Origin: a virus
Lineage: Duplodnaviria > Heunggongvirae > Uroviricota > Caudoviricetes
Strand: one strand, 5' to 3'
Length of the DNA stretch: 21,894 bases
IMG/VR virus record: IMGVR_UViG_2737471819_000029
Coordinates: 1-21,894 of that record
Made by a program: the position numbers and the translations under genes
Shown here: piece after piece, positions 1 through 8,997 of the stretch
Numbering within the stretch: the stretch's first letter is position 1
Layout of the letters: each line of letters begins with the position of its first letter
The notes under the pieces: model-generated
Seen by the model: only the letters and a program-made list of their open reading frames with translations
The model's database searches: none
What the model was told of the DNA's origin: nothing

Positions 1-324
1 ATGAAGATGCCAGAAAAACATGACCTGTTAGCCGCTATTCTCGCGGCAAAGGAACAAGGCATCGGGGCAATCCTTGCGTTTGCAATGGCGTACCTTCGCG
101 GCAGATATAATGGCGGTGCGTTTACAAAAACAGTAATCGACGCAACGATGTGCGCCATTATCGCCTGGTTCATTCGTGACCTTCTCGACTTCGCCGGACT
201 AAGTAGCAATCTCGCTTATATAACGAGCGTGTTCATCGGCTACATCGGTACTGACTCGATAGGTTCGCTTATCAAACGCTTCGCTGCTAAAAAAGCCGGA
301 GTAGAAGATGGTGGAAATCAATAA
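1..324 (+). CDS. S: Class I holin, phage lambda S type (107 aa); Met1-Lys2-Met3 dual-start arrangement (antiholin S107 / holin S105)
   Basis: Translation [39 protein letters not shown]... matches lambda S as I recall it almost residue for residue; hydrophobic helices; immediately precedes the endolysin gene with overlap. Confidence 0.9.
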   Translation: MKMPEKHDLLAAILAAKEQGIGAILAFAMAYLRGRYNGGAFTKTVIDATMCAIIAWFIRDLLDFAGLSSNLAYITSVFIGYIGTDSIGSLIKRFAAKKAGVEDGGNQ

Positions 325-784
325 TCAACGTAAGGCGTTCCTCGATATGCTGGCGTGGTCAGAGGGGACAGATAACGGACGTCAGAAAACCAGGAATCAT
401 GGTTATGACGTCATTGTTGGCGGAGAGCTATTCACTGATTACTCCGATCACCCTCGCAAACTTGTCACGCTAAACCCAAAACTCAAATCAACAGCAGCCG
501 GACGTTACCAGCTTCTTTCCCGTTGGTGGGATGCCTATCGTAAGCAGCTTGGCCTGAAAGACTTCTCTCCGAAAAGCCAGGACGCTGTGGCATTGCAACA
601 GATTAAAGAGCGTGGCGCTTTACCGATGATTGACCGCGGTGATATCCGTCAGGCAATCGACCGTTGCAGTAATATCTGGGCTTCACTGCCGGGGGCTGGT
701 TATGGTCAGTTCGAGCATAAGGCTGACAGCCTGATTGCAAAATTCAAAGAAGCGGGTGGGGCGGTCAGAGAGATTGAGGTATGA
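308..784 (+). CDS. R: Endolysin, lambda R-type lytic transglycosylase (158 aa)
   Basis: Translation [51 protein letters not shown]... matches lambda R from memory; start overlaps the end of S; same length as lambda R. Confidence 0.9.
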   Translation: MVEINNQRKAFLDMLAWSEGTDNGRQKTRNHGYDVIVGGELFTDYSDHPRKLVTLNPKLKSTAAGRYQLLSRWWDAYRKQLGLKDFSPKSQDAVALQQIKERGALPMIDRGDIRQAIDRCSNIWASLPGAGYGQFEHKADSLIAKFKEAGGAVREIEV

Positions 785-1248
785 GCAGAGTAACCGCGAT
801 TATCTCCGCTCTGGTTATCTGCATCATCGTCTGCCTGTCATGGGCGGTTAATCATTACCGTGATAACGCCATTACCTATAAAGAACAGCGTGATAAAAAA
901 GTCAGTGAGCTGAAGCAGGCGAACGCCACCATTACTGACATGCAGCAGCGCCAGCGTGATGCTGATGCACTCGATGCTAAATATACGAAGGAGTTAGCTG
1001 ATGCGAAAGCTGAAAATGATGCTCTTCGGCGGAAGCTTGATAATGGTGGCAGGGTGCTCGTCAAAGGAAAATGCCCTGTGCCATCCTCAGACGAAACCTC
1101 CAGCGCCTCCGGCATGGGCAATGATGCCACCGTCGAACTCTCTCCAGTTGCTGGACGAAACGTTCTCGGTATCCGGGACGGAATTATCCGCGACCAAACA
1201 GCACTGAGAACGCTTCAGGAATACATCTGGACGCAATGCCTTCGATGA
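781..1248 (+). CDS. Rz: Inner-membrane spanin subunit (Rz-like): N-terminal TM helix plus coiled coil
   Basis: ATGA start overlap with R stop; N-terminal ~35 aa ([34 protein letters not shown]) and the [22 protein letters not shown] block match lambda Rz; C-terminal third is divergent. Confidence 0.85.
   Translation: MSRVTAIISALVICIIVCLSWAVNHYRDNAITYKEQRDKKVSELKQANATITDMQQRQRDADALDAKYTKELADAKAENDALRRKLDNGGRVLVKGKCPVPSSDETSSASGMGNDATVELSPVAGRNVLGIRDGIIRDQTALRTLQEYIWTQCLR
1001..1207 (+). CDS. Rz1: Outer-membrane spanin subunit (Rz1-like lipoprotein) embedded in the +1 frame of Rz
   Basis: ORF entirely inside Rz in another frame; begins MRKLKMML (lambda Rz1 begins MLKLKMML), has a lipobox-like LIMVAGC followed by a Pro-rich segment PPAPPAW (lambda Rz1 has PPPPPAW). 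Exact start uncertain. Confidence 0.7.
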   Translation: MRKLKMMLFGGSLIMVAGCSSKENALCHPQTKPPAPPAWAMMPPSNSLQLLDETFSVSGTELSATKQH

Positions 1249-1422
1249 TAGCGATAATTCTACTCATCATCCTTCACATCTGGCTCTGTAGACAGGGTGG
1301 TGATCACTTCTGGAGTGAATCCAGATTAAACATCTCATTGCTGATGCTTGATGTTGAGCATCTGGCGCGCGGTAAGGGGCTGCGTTGAGATAAGGGCCAG
1401 TCATCACAAACACCAGGATTTA

Positions 1423-1446
1423 GCCTCGCATTCGCGGGGCTTTTTT
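1423..1446 (+). terminator. Putative rho-independent terminator downstream of the lysis cassette
   Basis: GCCTCGC / GCGGGGC 7-bp stem (one G-U pair), ATTC loop, then TTTTTT at 1441-1446. Hand-folded only. Confidence 0.45.
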
Positions 1447-1593
1447 ATATCTGCAACAAACGCGCTTCACACGCGCGACTTCTGAACACAGAACCTTTCA
1501 GGATGACCCTTGAGGATGCCGGTTTGGTTATCGGTGCCTTTCTGTGGGCCGGAATCCTGTGTGACAAGGTTCATCACTAAAAGGTGAGCACTG

Positions 1594-2136
1594 ATGAATT
1601 ATCCAACTATCGTTAACGGCATCGATTTCCGAGAACTGATTTTTGTGGCAAACAACGATCCGGTTACAGATTCTTTTATGGTGGCAAAAGCATTTGGAAA
1701 GCTGCCGAAGAACGTGGTTCGTGACATTGAGCGAACCATAGAAGCTTGCCCTCCTGAGTTTGATACAAAGCTCAACTTTGAGCTTTGCTATAAAAACAAT
1801 GAGTTACAGAATGGTAAGCCGCAAAAATTCTACCGTCTCCGCAAGGATGGGTTGATGCTTTTGGTTATGTCCTACACCAAAAAAGAAGCAATGCGTATCA
1901 AAATTGCTTACATCAACGCATTCAACTGGATGTACGCCATGCTTCAGGTTGGTCATCGTCAATTTGAAGAAGAGAGAAATGCCGTAATGCTGGAGTACAT
2001 GAAAGAGAAGGATGTTGCCAGCATGTCAGGTCGCCTGCTTAATCGCTGGGGAAAAATTAAGAAGCCTCAGCTGCTGGCGAGAATTGAACGCCTTGAACAG
2101 CACGGGCAAACCGTAATCCCCGGACTCACCAATTAA
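1594..2136 (+). CDS. Rha-family phage regulatory protein (putative antirepressor-like), 180 aa
   Basis: Good SD (AAGGTGAG) 7 nt upstream of ATG; N-terminal segment ...AKAFGKLPKNVVRDIERTI resembles the conserved FGK-x-H-x-NV-(L/I)-RDI region of Rha (Phage_pRha) proteins as I recall it. Family assignment is from memory, not a search. Confidence 0.45.
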   Translation: MNYPTIVNGIDFRELIFVANNDPVTDSFMVAKAFGKLPKNVVRDIERTIEACPPEFDTKLNFELCYKNNELQNGKPQKFYRLRKDGLMLLVMSYTKKEAMRIKIAYINAFNWMYAMLQVGHRQFEEERNAVMLEYMKEKDVASMSGRLLNRWGKIKKPQLLARIERLEQHGQTVIPGLTN

Positions 2137-2364
2137 CGGCAGTACAGCGAAACAACCCAAGCCAGTAAGTGGGGGAATAACACTGGCAGCCACTGAAAGA
2201 TGAACCTCCTGCCTTATGGCAAAAAAAGATTCTTTGTGGTGGCGGACTGATGGAAAGACATCGGTTATTGCGGAGACCATTCAATGAGTGGTCTCGACAA
2301 TGGCTTATACCCTACACGGGATAACTTAACTGATATCCCTTTTAACGGATAAACGGAGCCAACA

Positions 2365-2607
2365 ATGGCAGAGATTATTCCCATGACTGAAGAACAGAAA
2401 TTCCAGTTAGAGATTTACAAACTGGTCATGAACCGGAACGCAGCCGCAGAAGAAGCATTTCAGTTCATTGGCACTGACGAGCTGAAGCTTGAGCTATTCA
2501 AAATTCACTTCCAGTCAGGTGGCGCTAATTCAGATATCACGACCCGAACTATCGAAGCGGTGCGTAAATCGAAGGAAGCGTTAGACCTGTTCACTACCGG
2601 AGCATAA
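2365..2607 (+). CDS. Hypothetical small acidic protein (80 aa) immediately upstream of the small terminase gene
   Basis: GGAG SD 7-8 nt upstream of ATG; compact spacing with the next gene (stop 2 nt before terS ATG); no recognisable motif. Confidence 0.5.
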   Translation: MAEIIPMTEEQKFQLEIYKLVMNRNAAAEEAFQFIGTDELKLELFKIHFQSGGANSDITTRTIEAVRKSKEALDLFTTGA

Positions 2608-2609
2608 AC

Positions 2610-3050
2610 ATGGCGCGCCCAACAAAGTATCAAGAGGCGTACGCCGAACAGGCACGCAAACTGTGCTTGCTGGGCTACACCGATGCAGAGCTTGCTGATT
2701 TCTTCGAAGTCAGTGAGTCAACTATTAACAAGTGGAAGCTTGATTATCCTGAGTTTTCGGAGTCCATAAAAAAGGGTAAGGCCGTCGCTGATGCAGAAGT
2801 TAGTGATCGTCTTTATCAACGCGCTATGGGCTTCGTGGCTCCAGACATCGATATTCGTGTTATTGAAAACAGAATTGTCGAAACTCCGCTTGAGAAGTAT
2901 TACCCGCCTGATACAACCGCCGCCATCTTCTGGCTTAAGAACCGACAGAAGGATAAATGGCGCGATAAGGTTGATCACGAGCTAACAGGCAAAGACGGCG
3001 GCGCAATCCAGATTGAAACATCACCGATGAGCACTCTATTCGGAAAATGA
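2610..3050 (+). CDS. Terminase small subunit (146 aa); C-terminal tail shared with Sf6-type TerS, N-terminal domain different
   Basis: C-terminus ...GKDGGAIQIETSPMSTLFGK matches the C-terminal tail I recall for Sf6 gp1; ATGA overlap with the large terminase start; N-terminal ~100 aa contain an HTH-like segment (TDAELADFFEVSESTINKWK). Confidence 0.8.
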   Translation: MARPTKYQEAYAEQARKLCLLGYTDAELADFFEVSESTINKWKLDYPEFSESIKKGKAVADAEVSDRLYQRAMGFVAPDIDIRVIENRIVETPLEKYYPPDTTAAIFWLKNRQKDKWRDKVDHELTGKDGGAIQIETSPMSTLFGK

Positions 3051-4459
3051 CCTCGATTAATCCTATCTTTGAACCGTTCATTGAGGCGCATCGCTATAAA
3101 GTCGCCAAAGGCGGTCGAGGTAGCGGTAAGTCATGGGCAATCGCGAGGTTGCTTGTTGAGGCGGCACGTCGGCAGCCTGTGCGTATTCTTTGCGCTCGTG
3201 AACTGCAAAACAGTATCAGCGATTCGGTAATCCGACTGCTTGAAGACACCATAGAGCGGGAAGGGTATTCGGCTGAGTTTGAAATTCAGCGTTCAATGAT
3301 TCGTCATCTCGGAACGAATGCTGAATTCATGTTCTACGGCATCAAAAACAACCCGACGAAGATTAAATCGCTCGAAGGCATTGATATCTGCTGGGTGGAA
3401 GAAGCGGAAGCGGTAACGAAGGAATCATGGGATATCCTGATACCAACCATCCGTAAGCCGTTCTCTGAAATATGGGTGAGCTTTAACCCGAAGAACATAC
3501 TCGACGATACCTATCAGCGATTCGTTGTAAATCCTCCCGATGATATTTGCCTGCTGACGGTGAACTACACCGACAACCCGCACTTTCCTGAAGTTCTCCG
3601 TCTGGAGATGGAAGAGTGCAAACGCAGAAATCCGACACTGTATCGTCACATCTGGCTTGGTGAGCCGGTAAGCGCAAGTGATATGGCAATCATCAAACGA
3701 GAATGGCTTGAAGCTGCAACCGATGCGCACAAGAAACTCGGATGGAAAGCGAAAGGCGCTGTTGTCTCTGCGCATGACCCATCAGATACAGGGCCAGATG
3801 CTAAAGGTTACGCATCGCGTCACGGTTCGGTAGTTAAGCGCATTGCCGAAGGTCTGCTGATGGACATCAACGAGGGTGCTGACTGGGCTACTTCGCTGGC
3901 GATTGAAGACGGCGCTGACCATTACCTGTGGGATGGTGATGGTGTTGGTGCCGGGCTACGCAGACAGACAACGGAAGCGTTCTCCGGTAAGAAAATCACC
4001 GCCACGATGTTCAAGGGCAGTGAATCGCCATTCGATGAAGATGCGCCGTATCAGGCCGGAGCATGGGCTGATGAAGTCGTACAGGGCGACAACGTTCGCA
4101 CTATTGGTGATGTGTTCCGCAATAAGCGAGCGCAATTCTATTACGCGCTGGCTGACAGGCTGTATCTGACATATCGGGCGGTTGTTTACGGTGAGTATGC
4201 AGACCCCGACGACATGCTGAGTTTCGACAAAGAAGCGATAGGCGAGAAGATGCTGGAGAAGCTGTTTGCAGAACTGACGCAGATTCAGCGCAAATTCAAT
4301 AACAACGGGAAGCTGGAGCTAATGACTAAGGTCGAAATGAAGCAGAAGCTCGGTATTCCATCTCCTAACCTGGCTGATGCGCTGATGATGTGTATGCATT
4401 GCCTGGCATTGGTCCGCGAAGAAACTGAAATATACGTTCCCTCATCCTCCGGTTGGTAA
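3047..4459 (+). CDS. Terminase large subunit (470 aa), P22/Sf6 family
   Basis: Walker A-like KGGRGSGKS near the N-terminus, 470 aa as in Sf6 gp2, position between terS and portal. Confidence 0.9.
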   Translation: MTSINPIFEPFIEAHRYKVAKGGRGSGKSWAIARLLVEAARRQPVRILCARELQNSISDSVIRLLEDTIEREGYSAEFEIQRSMIRHLGTNAEFMFYGIKNNPTKIKSLEGIDICWVEEAEAVTKESWDILIPTIRKPFSEIWVSFNPKNILDDTYQRFVVNPPDDICLLTVNYTDNPHFPEVLRLEMEECKRRNPTLYRHIWLGEPVSASDMAIIKREWLEAATDAHKKLGWKAKGAVVSAHDPSDTGPDAKGYASRHGSVVKRIAEGLLMDINEGADWATSLAIEDGADHYLWDGDGVGAGLRRQTTEAFSGKKITATMFKGSESPFDEDAPYQAGAWADEVVQGDNVRTIGDVFRNKRAQFYYALADRLYLTYRAVVYGEYADPDDMLSFDKEAIGEKMLEKLFAELTQIQRKFNNNGKLELMTKVEMKQKLGIPSPNLADALMMCMHCLALVREETEIYVPSSSGW

Positions 4460-4461
4460 AC

Positions 4462-6588
4462 ATGGCAGAGACATTAGAGAAAAAACATGAGCGGATCATG
4501 CTCAGGTTTGACCGCGCCTATTCTCCACAGAAGGAAGTGCGCGAAAAGTGCATTGAAGCTACGAGGTTTGCTCGTGTCCCCGGAGGTCAATGGGAAGGAG
4601 CAACGGCGGCTGGAACTAAGCTTGATGAGCAGTTAGAGAAGTATCCTAAGTTTGAAATCAATAAGGTAGCAACTGAACTTAACCGCATCATTGCAGAATA
4701 CCGCAATAACAGAATCACCGTTAAGTTTCGTCCTGGTGACAGAGAGGCAAGCGAAGAGTTAGCCAATAAATTAAATGGTCTGTTCCGTGCTGACTACGAA
4801 GAAACTGATGGCGGTGAGGCTTGCGATAATGCATTTGACGACGCTGCTACTGGTGGTTTCGGTTGCTTCCGTTTGACGTCGATGCTGGTCAATGAATACG
4901 ACCCCATGGACGATCGTCAGCGTATTGCTATTGAACCAATATACGACCCGTCGCGCTCCGTGTGGTTTGACCCTGACGCTAAGAAGTACGACAAATCTGA
5001 CGCGTTGTGGGCGTTCTGCATGTATTCGTTGTCACCTGAAAAATATGAGGCTGAATACGGAAAGAAACCTCCTGCTTCTCTGGACGTAACGTCTATGACC
5101 AGTTGGGAATATGACTGGTTTGATGAAGATGTTATTTACATAGCGAAGTATTACGAAGTTCGTAAAGAGTCTGTTGATGTTATCAGTTATCGACATCAAA
5201 TCACTGGAGAGATTGCAACATACGACAGTGATCAGGTCGAAGATATTGAAGATGAACTGGCAATAGCTGGATTTCAGGAAGTGGCAAGGCGCTCAGTGAA
5301 GCGCCGTCGGGTGTATGTATCCGTAGTGGATGGTGATGGTTTCCTTGAGAAACCTCGACGTATTCCTGGTGAGCATATCCCCCTCATCCCGGTTTATGGA
5401 AAACGCTGGTTCATTGATGACATTGAGCGTGTCGAAGGGCACATTGCAAAAGCAATGGATCCACAGCGTTTGTACAACCTTCAGGTTTCAATGCTGGCTG
5501 ATACTGCAGCGCAAGACCCCGGTCAGATCCCTATAGTTGGCATGGAGCAAATTCGTGGACTTGAGAAGCACTGGGAGGCTCGCAACAAGAAACGACCAGC
5601 GTTCTTGCCGTTGCGCGAAGTGAGAGATAAATCTGGCAACATTATCGCTGGAGCTACCCCGGCAGGATATACACAGCCTGCGGTTATGAATCAGGCATTG
5701 GCTGCATTACTACAGCAAACCAGTGCAGATATTCAGGAGGTTACAGGCGGCAGTCAGGCCATGCAGCAGATGCCAAGTAATATTGCTCAGGAAACGGTTA
5801 ACAACTTGATGAACAGAGCAGATATGGCTTCGTTTATCTATCTGGACAATATGGCGAAAAGTCTTAAACGCGCTGGTGAAGTATGGCTGTCAATGGCGCG
5901 TGAAGTGTACGGTTCAGAACGTGAAGTGCGCATCGTTAACGAAGATGGAAGTGATGATATCGCTGTCCTGAGCGCACAGGTTGTTGACAGGCAAACAGGG
6001 GCTGTTGTTGCGTTAAATGACCTTTCTGTCGGTCGATACGATGTGACGGTTGATGTTGGACCAAGCTACACAGCACGACGTGATGCAACGGTTTCTGTAC
6101 TGACAAATGTCCTTAGCTCTATGCTTCCAACAGACCCAATGCGCCAGGCAATTCAGGGTATTATTCTGGACAATATCGATGGCGAAGGCCTTGATGACTT
6201 CAAAGAGTACAACCGAAACCAACTGCTGATATCTGGTATTGCAAAACCACGCAATGAGAAAGAGCAGCAGATTGTTCAACAGGCGCAAATGGCAGCACAA
6301 AGCCAGCCAAATCCTGAAATGGTTCTCGCTCAGGCGCAAATGGTAGCAGCGCAGGCAGAAGCGCAAAAAGCAACTAACGAAACTGCTCAAACTCAAATCA
6401 AAGCATTTACTGCCCAGCAGGATGCGATGGAGAGTCAGGCAAACACTGTCTATAAACTGGCTCAAGCCAGAAACATCGATGACAAAGCAGTGATGGAGGC
6501 AATACGCCTTCTGAAAGATGTCGCCGAGTCACAACAACAGCAATTCCAGTCACCACCACAGTCACCGGCAGACTTAATGCCGAGTTAA
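4462..6588 (+). CDS. Portal protein (708 aa from the ATG at 4462; the ORF track begins at a TTG at 4453)
   Basis: P22 gp1 / Sf6 gp3-like blocks (KRRRVY, AGEHIP, DVGPS) and a long Gln/Ala-rich helical C-terminus typical of the P22-type portal barrel; the ATG at 4462 gives MAETLEKK... and a length of 708 aa. Confidence 0.9.
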   Translation: MAETLEKKHERIMLRFDRAYSPQKEVREKCIEATRFARVPGGQWEGATAAGTKLDEQLEKYPKFEINKVATELNRIIAEYRNNRITVKFRPGDREASEELANKLNGLFRADYEETDGGEACDNAFDDAATGGFGCFRLTSMLVNEYDPMDDRQRIAIEPIYDPSRSVWFDPDAKKYDKSDALWAFCMYSLSPEKYEAEYGKKPPASLDVTSMTSWEYDWFDEDVIYIAKYYEVRKESVDVISYRHQITGEIATYDSDQVEDIEDELAIAGFQEVARRSVKRRRVYVSVVDGDGFLEKPRRIPGEHIPLIPVYGKRWFIDDIERVEGHIAKAMDPQRLYNLQVSMLADTAAQDPGQIPIVGMEQIRGLEKHWEARNKKRPAFLPLREVRDKSGNIIAGATPAGYTQPAVMNQALAALLQQTSADIQEVTGGSQAMQQMPSNIAQETVNNLMNRADMASFIYLDNMAKSLKRAGEVWLSMAREVYGSEREVRIVNEDGSDDIAVLSAQVVDRQTGAVVALNDLSVGRYDVTVDVGPSYTARRDATVSVLTNVLSSMLPTDPMRQAIQGIILDNIDGEGLDDFKEYNRNQLLISGIAKPRNEKEQQIVQQAQMAAQSQPNPEMVLAQAQMVAAQAEAQKATNETAQTQIKAFTAQQDAMESQANTVYKLAQARNIDDKAVMEAIRLLKDVAESQQQQFQSPPQSPADLMPS

Positions 6589-6601
6589 CCAGGAGTAATC
6601 A

Positions 6602-7486
6602 ATGGAAAACGAACTGATCATCGACGGTCAGGTTATTGACCTGTCTGAAACACAGGAAAATGCAGAAGAAACCATCATCCAAACAGAGTCACAGCCTGAG
6701 AATGAAAGCCAGGATGACAACGGTAAAGAGGTGGCAACTGAGCCTGAAAAAACCGAAGAGACACCAGAAGATTACGCCTTGCGTATTGGTGATGAAGAAA
6801 TTCAGCTTAACGCTGACGATGATGATCACATTGACGGGCAACCTGCACCGCAATGGGTGAAAGATCTTCGCAAAGGCTTCAAAGAAACACAGAAAGAAAA
6901 CCGTGAGTTGCGCCGCCAGCTTGAGGAAGCATTAGCCAAGCCAGCGGAACATCAGCAACCACAACCAGACGCTATTCCACCAAAACCGACTCTTGAGTCG
7001 TGTGATTATGACGAACAGGCGTTTGAACAGGCATTGACTGATTGGCATGAGAAAAAAGGCCGTGTCGAACAGCAGCAGCAACAAAAACTACGTCAGCAAC
7101 AGGAATACCAGCAGCGTTTCCAGCAAAGGGTAGAAGCGCATAAACAACGGGCAGCCAAACTTCCTGTGAAAGATTATCAGGAAATGGAAGCCATTGTTCT
7201 TAGTGAGCTACCACCAATTCAGCAGGAAATCATCATTCACTGTGCAGACGAAGGCTCTGAACTACTCGCCTATGGCTTAGGTAAGAGTCAGCAATTACGC
7301 CAGCGTGTAGCCGCTGAGACAGATCCAATTCGCGCAGCATTCCTCTTGGGGCAGATTAGCAAACAGGTAAGCCTTGCTCCAAAACCAAAGAAAGCCATCA
7401 AGCCAGAGCCGGAAGTACGTGGTGGCGGTGCTGATGCGAAACAAGACGAATTCAACAAATTATGCCCCGGCGCAAAAATCGAATAA
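6602..7486 (+). CDS. Scaffolding protein (294 aa)
   Basis: Position between portal and coat; highly charged, Gln/Glu-rich low-complexity protein; AGGAG SD upstream. Confidence 0.8.
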   Translation: MENELIIDGQVIDLSETQENAEETIIQTESQPENESQDDNGKEVATEPEKTEETPEDYALRIGDEEIQLNADDDDHIDGQPAPQWVKDLRKGFKETQKENRELRRQLEEALAKPAEHQQPQPDAIPPKPTLESCDYDEQAFEQALTDWHEKKGRVEQQQQQKLRQQQEYQQRFQQRVEAHKQRAAKLPVKDYQEMEAIVLSELPPIQQEIIIHCADEGSELLAYGLGKSQQLRQRVAAETDPIRAAFLLGQISKQVSLAPKPKKAIKPEPEVRGGGADAKQDEFNKLCPGAKIE

Positions 7487-7497
7487 GGAAAAGATAA

Positions 7498-8769
7498 ATG
7501 CCTAACAATCTCGACAGTAACGTCAGTCAAATCGTTCTGAAAAAATTCCTTCCGGGTTTTATGTCAGATTTAGTTCTGGCGAAAACCGTAGACCGTCAGT
7601 TGCTGGCAGGTGAAATCAACTCCAGCACTGGCGATAGCGTTAGCTTTAAACGTCCGCATCAATTCTCATCCCTCCGTACTCCCACTGGTGATATTTCAGG
7701 GCAAAATAAAAACAACCTGATCTCAGGTAAAGCTACGGGGCGTGTAGGTAACTACATCACTGTTGCTGTTGAATATCAGCAACTGGAGGAAGCGATCAAG
7801 CTTAACCAGCTGGAAGAAATTCTCGCGCCGGTTCGCCAGCGAATCGTTACCGACCTTGAAACAGAGCTTGCTCACTTCATGATGAATAACGGTGCGTTGT
7901 CACTTGGTAGCCCCAATACTCCAATCACCAAATGGTCTGATGTTGCGCAGACGGCATCTTTCCTGAAAGACCTCGGCGTTAATGAAGGTGAAAACTATGC
8001 TGTAATGGATCCATGGTCTGCACAGCGACTTGCTGATGCGCAGACTGGTTTGCACGCTTCAGATCAATTGGTTCGTACTGCATGGGAGAATGCACAGATC
8101 CCAACCAATTTTGGCGGCATTCGCGCACTGATGTCTAATGGGCTTGCCTCTCGTACGCAGGGGGCATTTGGCGGAACACTGACAGTCAAAACACAGCCAA
8201 CTGTTACCTATAACGCAGTTAAAGACTCATACCAGTTCACTGTAACATTGACCGGAGCGACAGCCAGCGTTACAGGTTTTCTGAAAGCTGGTGATCAGGT
8301 TAAATTCACCAATACCTACTGGCTGCAACAGCAGACCAAACAGGCGTTGTATAACGGAGCCACACCAATTAGCTTCACTGCAACGGTTACTGCTGATGCT
8401 GATTCAGACGGCAGTGGCGATGTGACGGTTACGCTTTCTGGTGTTCCGATTTATGACACTACAAACCCGCAGTACAACTCTGTAAGTCGTCAGGTAGCGG
8501 CAGGCGATGCCGTATCTGTAGTAGGCACTGCTAGCCAGACAATGAAGCCAAACCTGTTCTATAACAAGTTCTTCTGTGGACTTGGCTCTATCCCACTGCC
8601 GAAACTGCACAGTATTGATTCTGCTGTTGCAACATATGAAGGTTTCTCCATCCGCGTACATAAATACGCAGATGGCGATGCCAACGTGCAAAAAATGCGC
8701 TTCGACTTACTGCCTGCATATGTGTGCTTTAACCCTCACATGGGCGGTCAGTTCTTCGGTAATCCGTAA
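7498..8769 (+). CDS. Major capsid (coat) protein, Sf6 gp5-type (423 aa)
   Basis: Translation MPNNLDSNVSQIVLKKFLPGFMSDLVLAKTVDRQLLAGEINS... matches Sf6 coat protein as I recall it, same length; followed by a terminator-like hairpin. Confidence 0.9.
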   Translation: MPNNLDSNVSQIVLKKFLPGFMSDLVLAKTVDRQLLAGEINSSTGDSVSFKRPHQFSSLRTPTGDISGQNKNNLISGKATGRVGNYITVAVEYQQLEEAIKLNQLEEILAPVRQRIVTDLETELAHFMMNNGALSLGSPNTPITKWSDVAQTASFLKDLGVNEGENYAVMDPWSAQRLADAQTGLHASDQLVRTAWENAQIPTNFGGIRALMSNGLASRTQGAFGGTLTVKTQPTVTYNAVKDSYQFTVTLTGATASVTGFLKAGDQVKFTNTYWLQQQTKQALYNGATPISFTATVTADADSDGSGDVTVTLSGVPIYDTTNPQYNSVSRQVAAGDAVSVVGTASQTMKPNLFYNKFFCGLGSIPLPKLHSIDSAVATYEGFSIRVHKYADGDANVQKMRFDLLPAYVCFNPHMGGQFFGNP

Positions 8770-8774
8770 TAACA

Positions 8775-8797
8775 AGGGGCTTACGCCCCTTTTATGT
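8775..8797 (+). terminator. Putative intrinsic (probably partial) terminator after the coat gene
   Basis: AGGGGC / GCCCCT 6-bp stem (8775-8780 / 8785-8790), TTAC loop, then TTTATGTTTT. Confidence 0.5.
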
Positions 8798-8811
8798 TTT
8801 AAGGAAACAAT

Positions 8812-8997
8812 ATGGATCGCATGAGTGTATTCCTTGCCGCAGATAACGAATCCGGGCATGTACAGGCCGTTATCGCAGAAAAAGACTTCCAGTTTTTCGA
8901 AAAGTTGGGCTTTGTTGCCTCAGTTGATGAATTGAAACCGACCAGTAAGCGAGCTCGTAAGGCGGCAGACAATGGCAACAGTACTGACAAAGGGTGA
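8812..8997 (+). CDS. Hypothetical small protein (61 aa) between coat and gp4-like gene
   Basis: AAGGAAACAAT-ATG SD context right after the terminator; overlaps the start of the next gene by 26 nt in another frame; P22 also has a small ORF at this position. Confidence 0.4.
   Translation: MDRMSVFLAADNESGHVQAVIAEKDFQFFEKLGFVASVDELKPTSKRARKAADNGNSTDKG

Noticed and set aside
876-1130. 84-aa minus-strand ORF inside Rz
   Set aside because: Antisense to the well-supported Rz/Rz1 genes; Ser/Ala/Cys-rich composition typical of a spurious antisense frame.
1461-1477. CGCGC-N7-GCGCG hairpin downstream of the putative terminator
   Set aside because: Short 5-bp stem with no following T-run; not convincing as a terminator or operator by itself.
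3425-4169. Several ORFs (minus 116 aa, minus 68 aa, plus 97 aa) inside the large terminase gene
   Set aside because: All lie within the terminase coding region in other frames or antisense, are Arg/Cys-rich, and have no SD context.
4453-4461. Portal start at 4453 as given in the ORF track
   Set aside because: Position 4453 is TTG, not ATG; the ATG at 4462 gives MAETLEKK... and a 708-aa product, which fits the Sf6-type portal better.
6013-6465. 150-aa minus-strand ORF within the portal gene
   Set aside because: Antisense to the portal C-terminal Gln/Ala-rich region; Cys/Leu/Phe-rich translation typical of antisense low-complexity DNA.
6240-7200. Gln/Ala-rich and poly-Gln repetitive stretches (portal C-terminus, scaffold) as possible tandem repeats or a CRISPR-like array
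   Set aside because: They are in-frame low-complexity coding sequence typical of the P22-type portal barrel and scaffolding proteins; no repeat-spacer periodicity.
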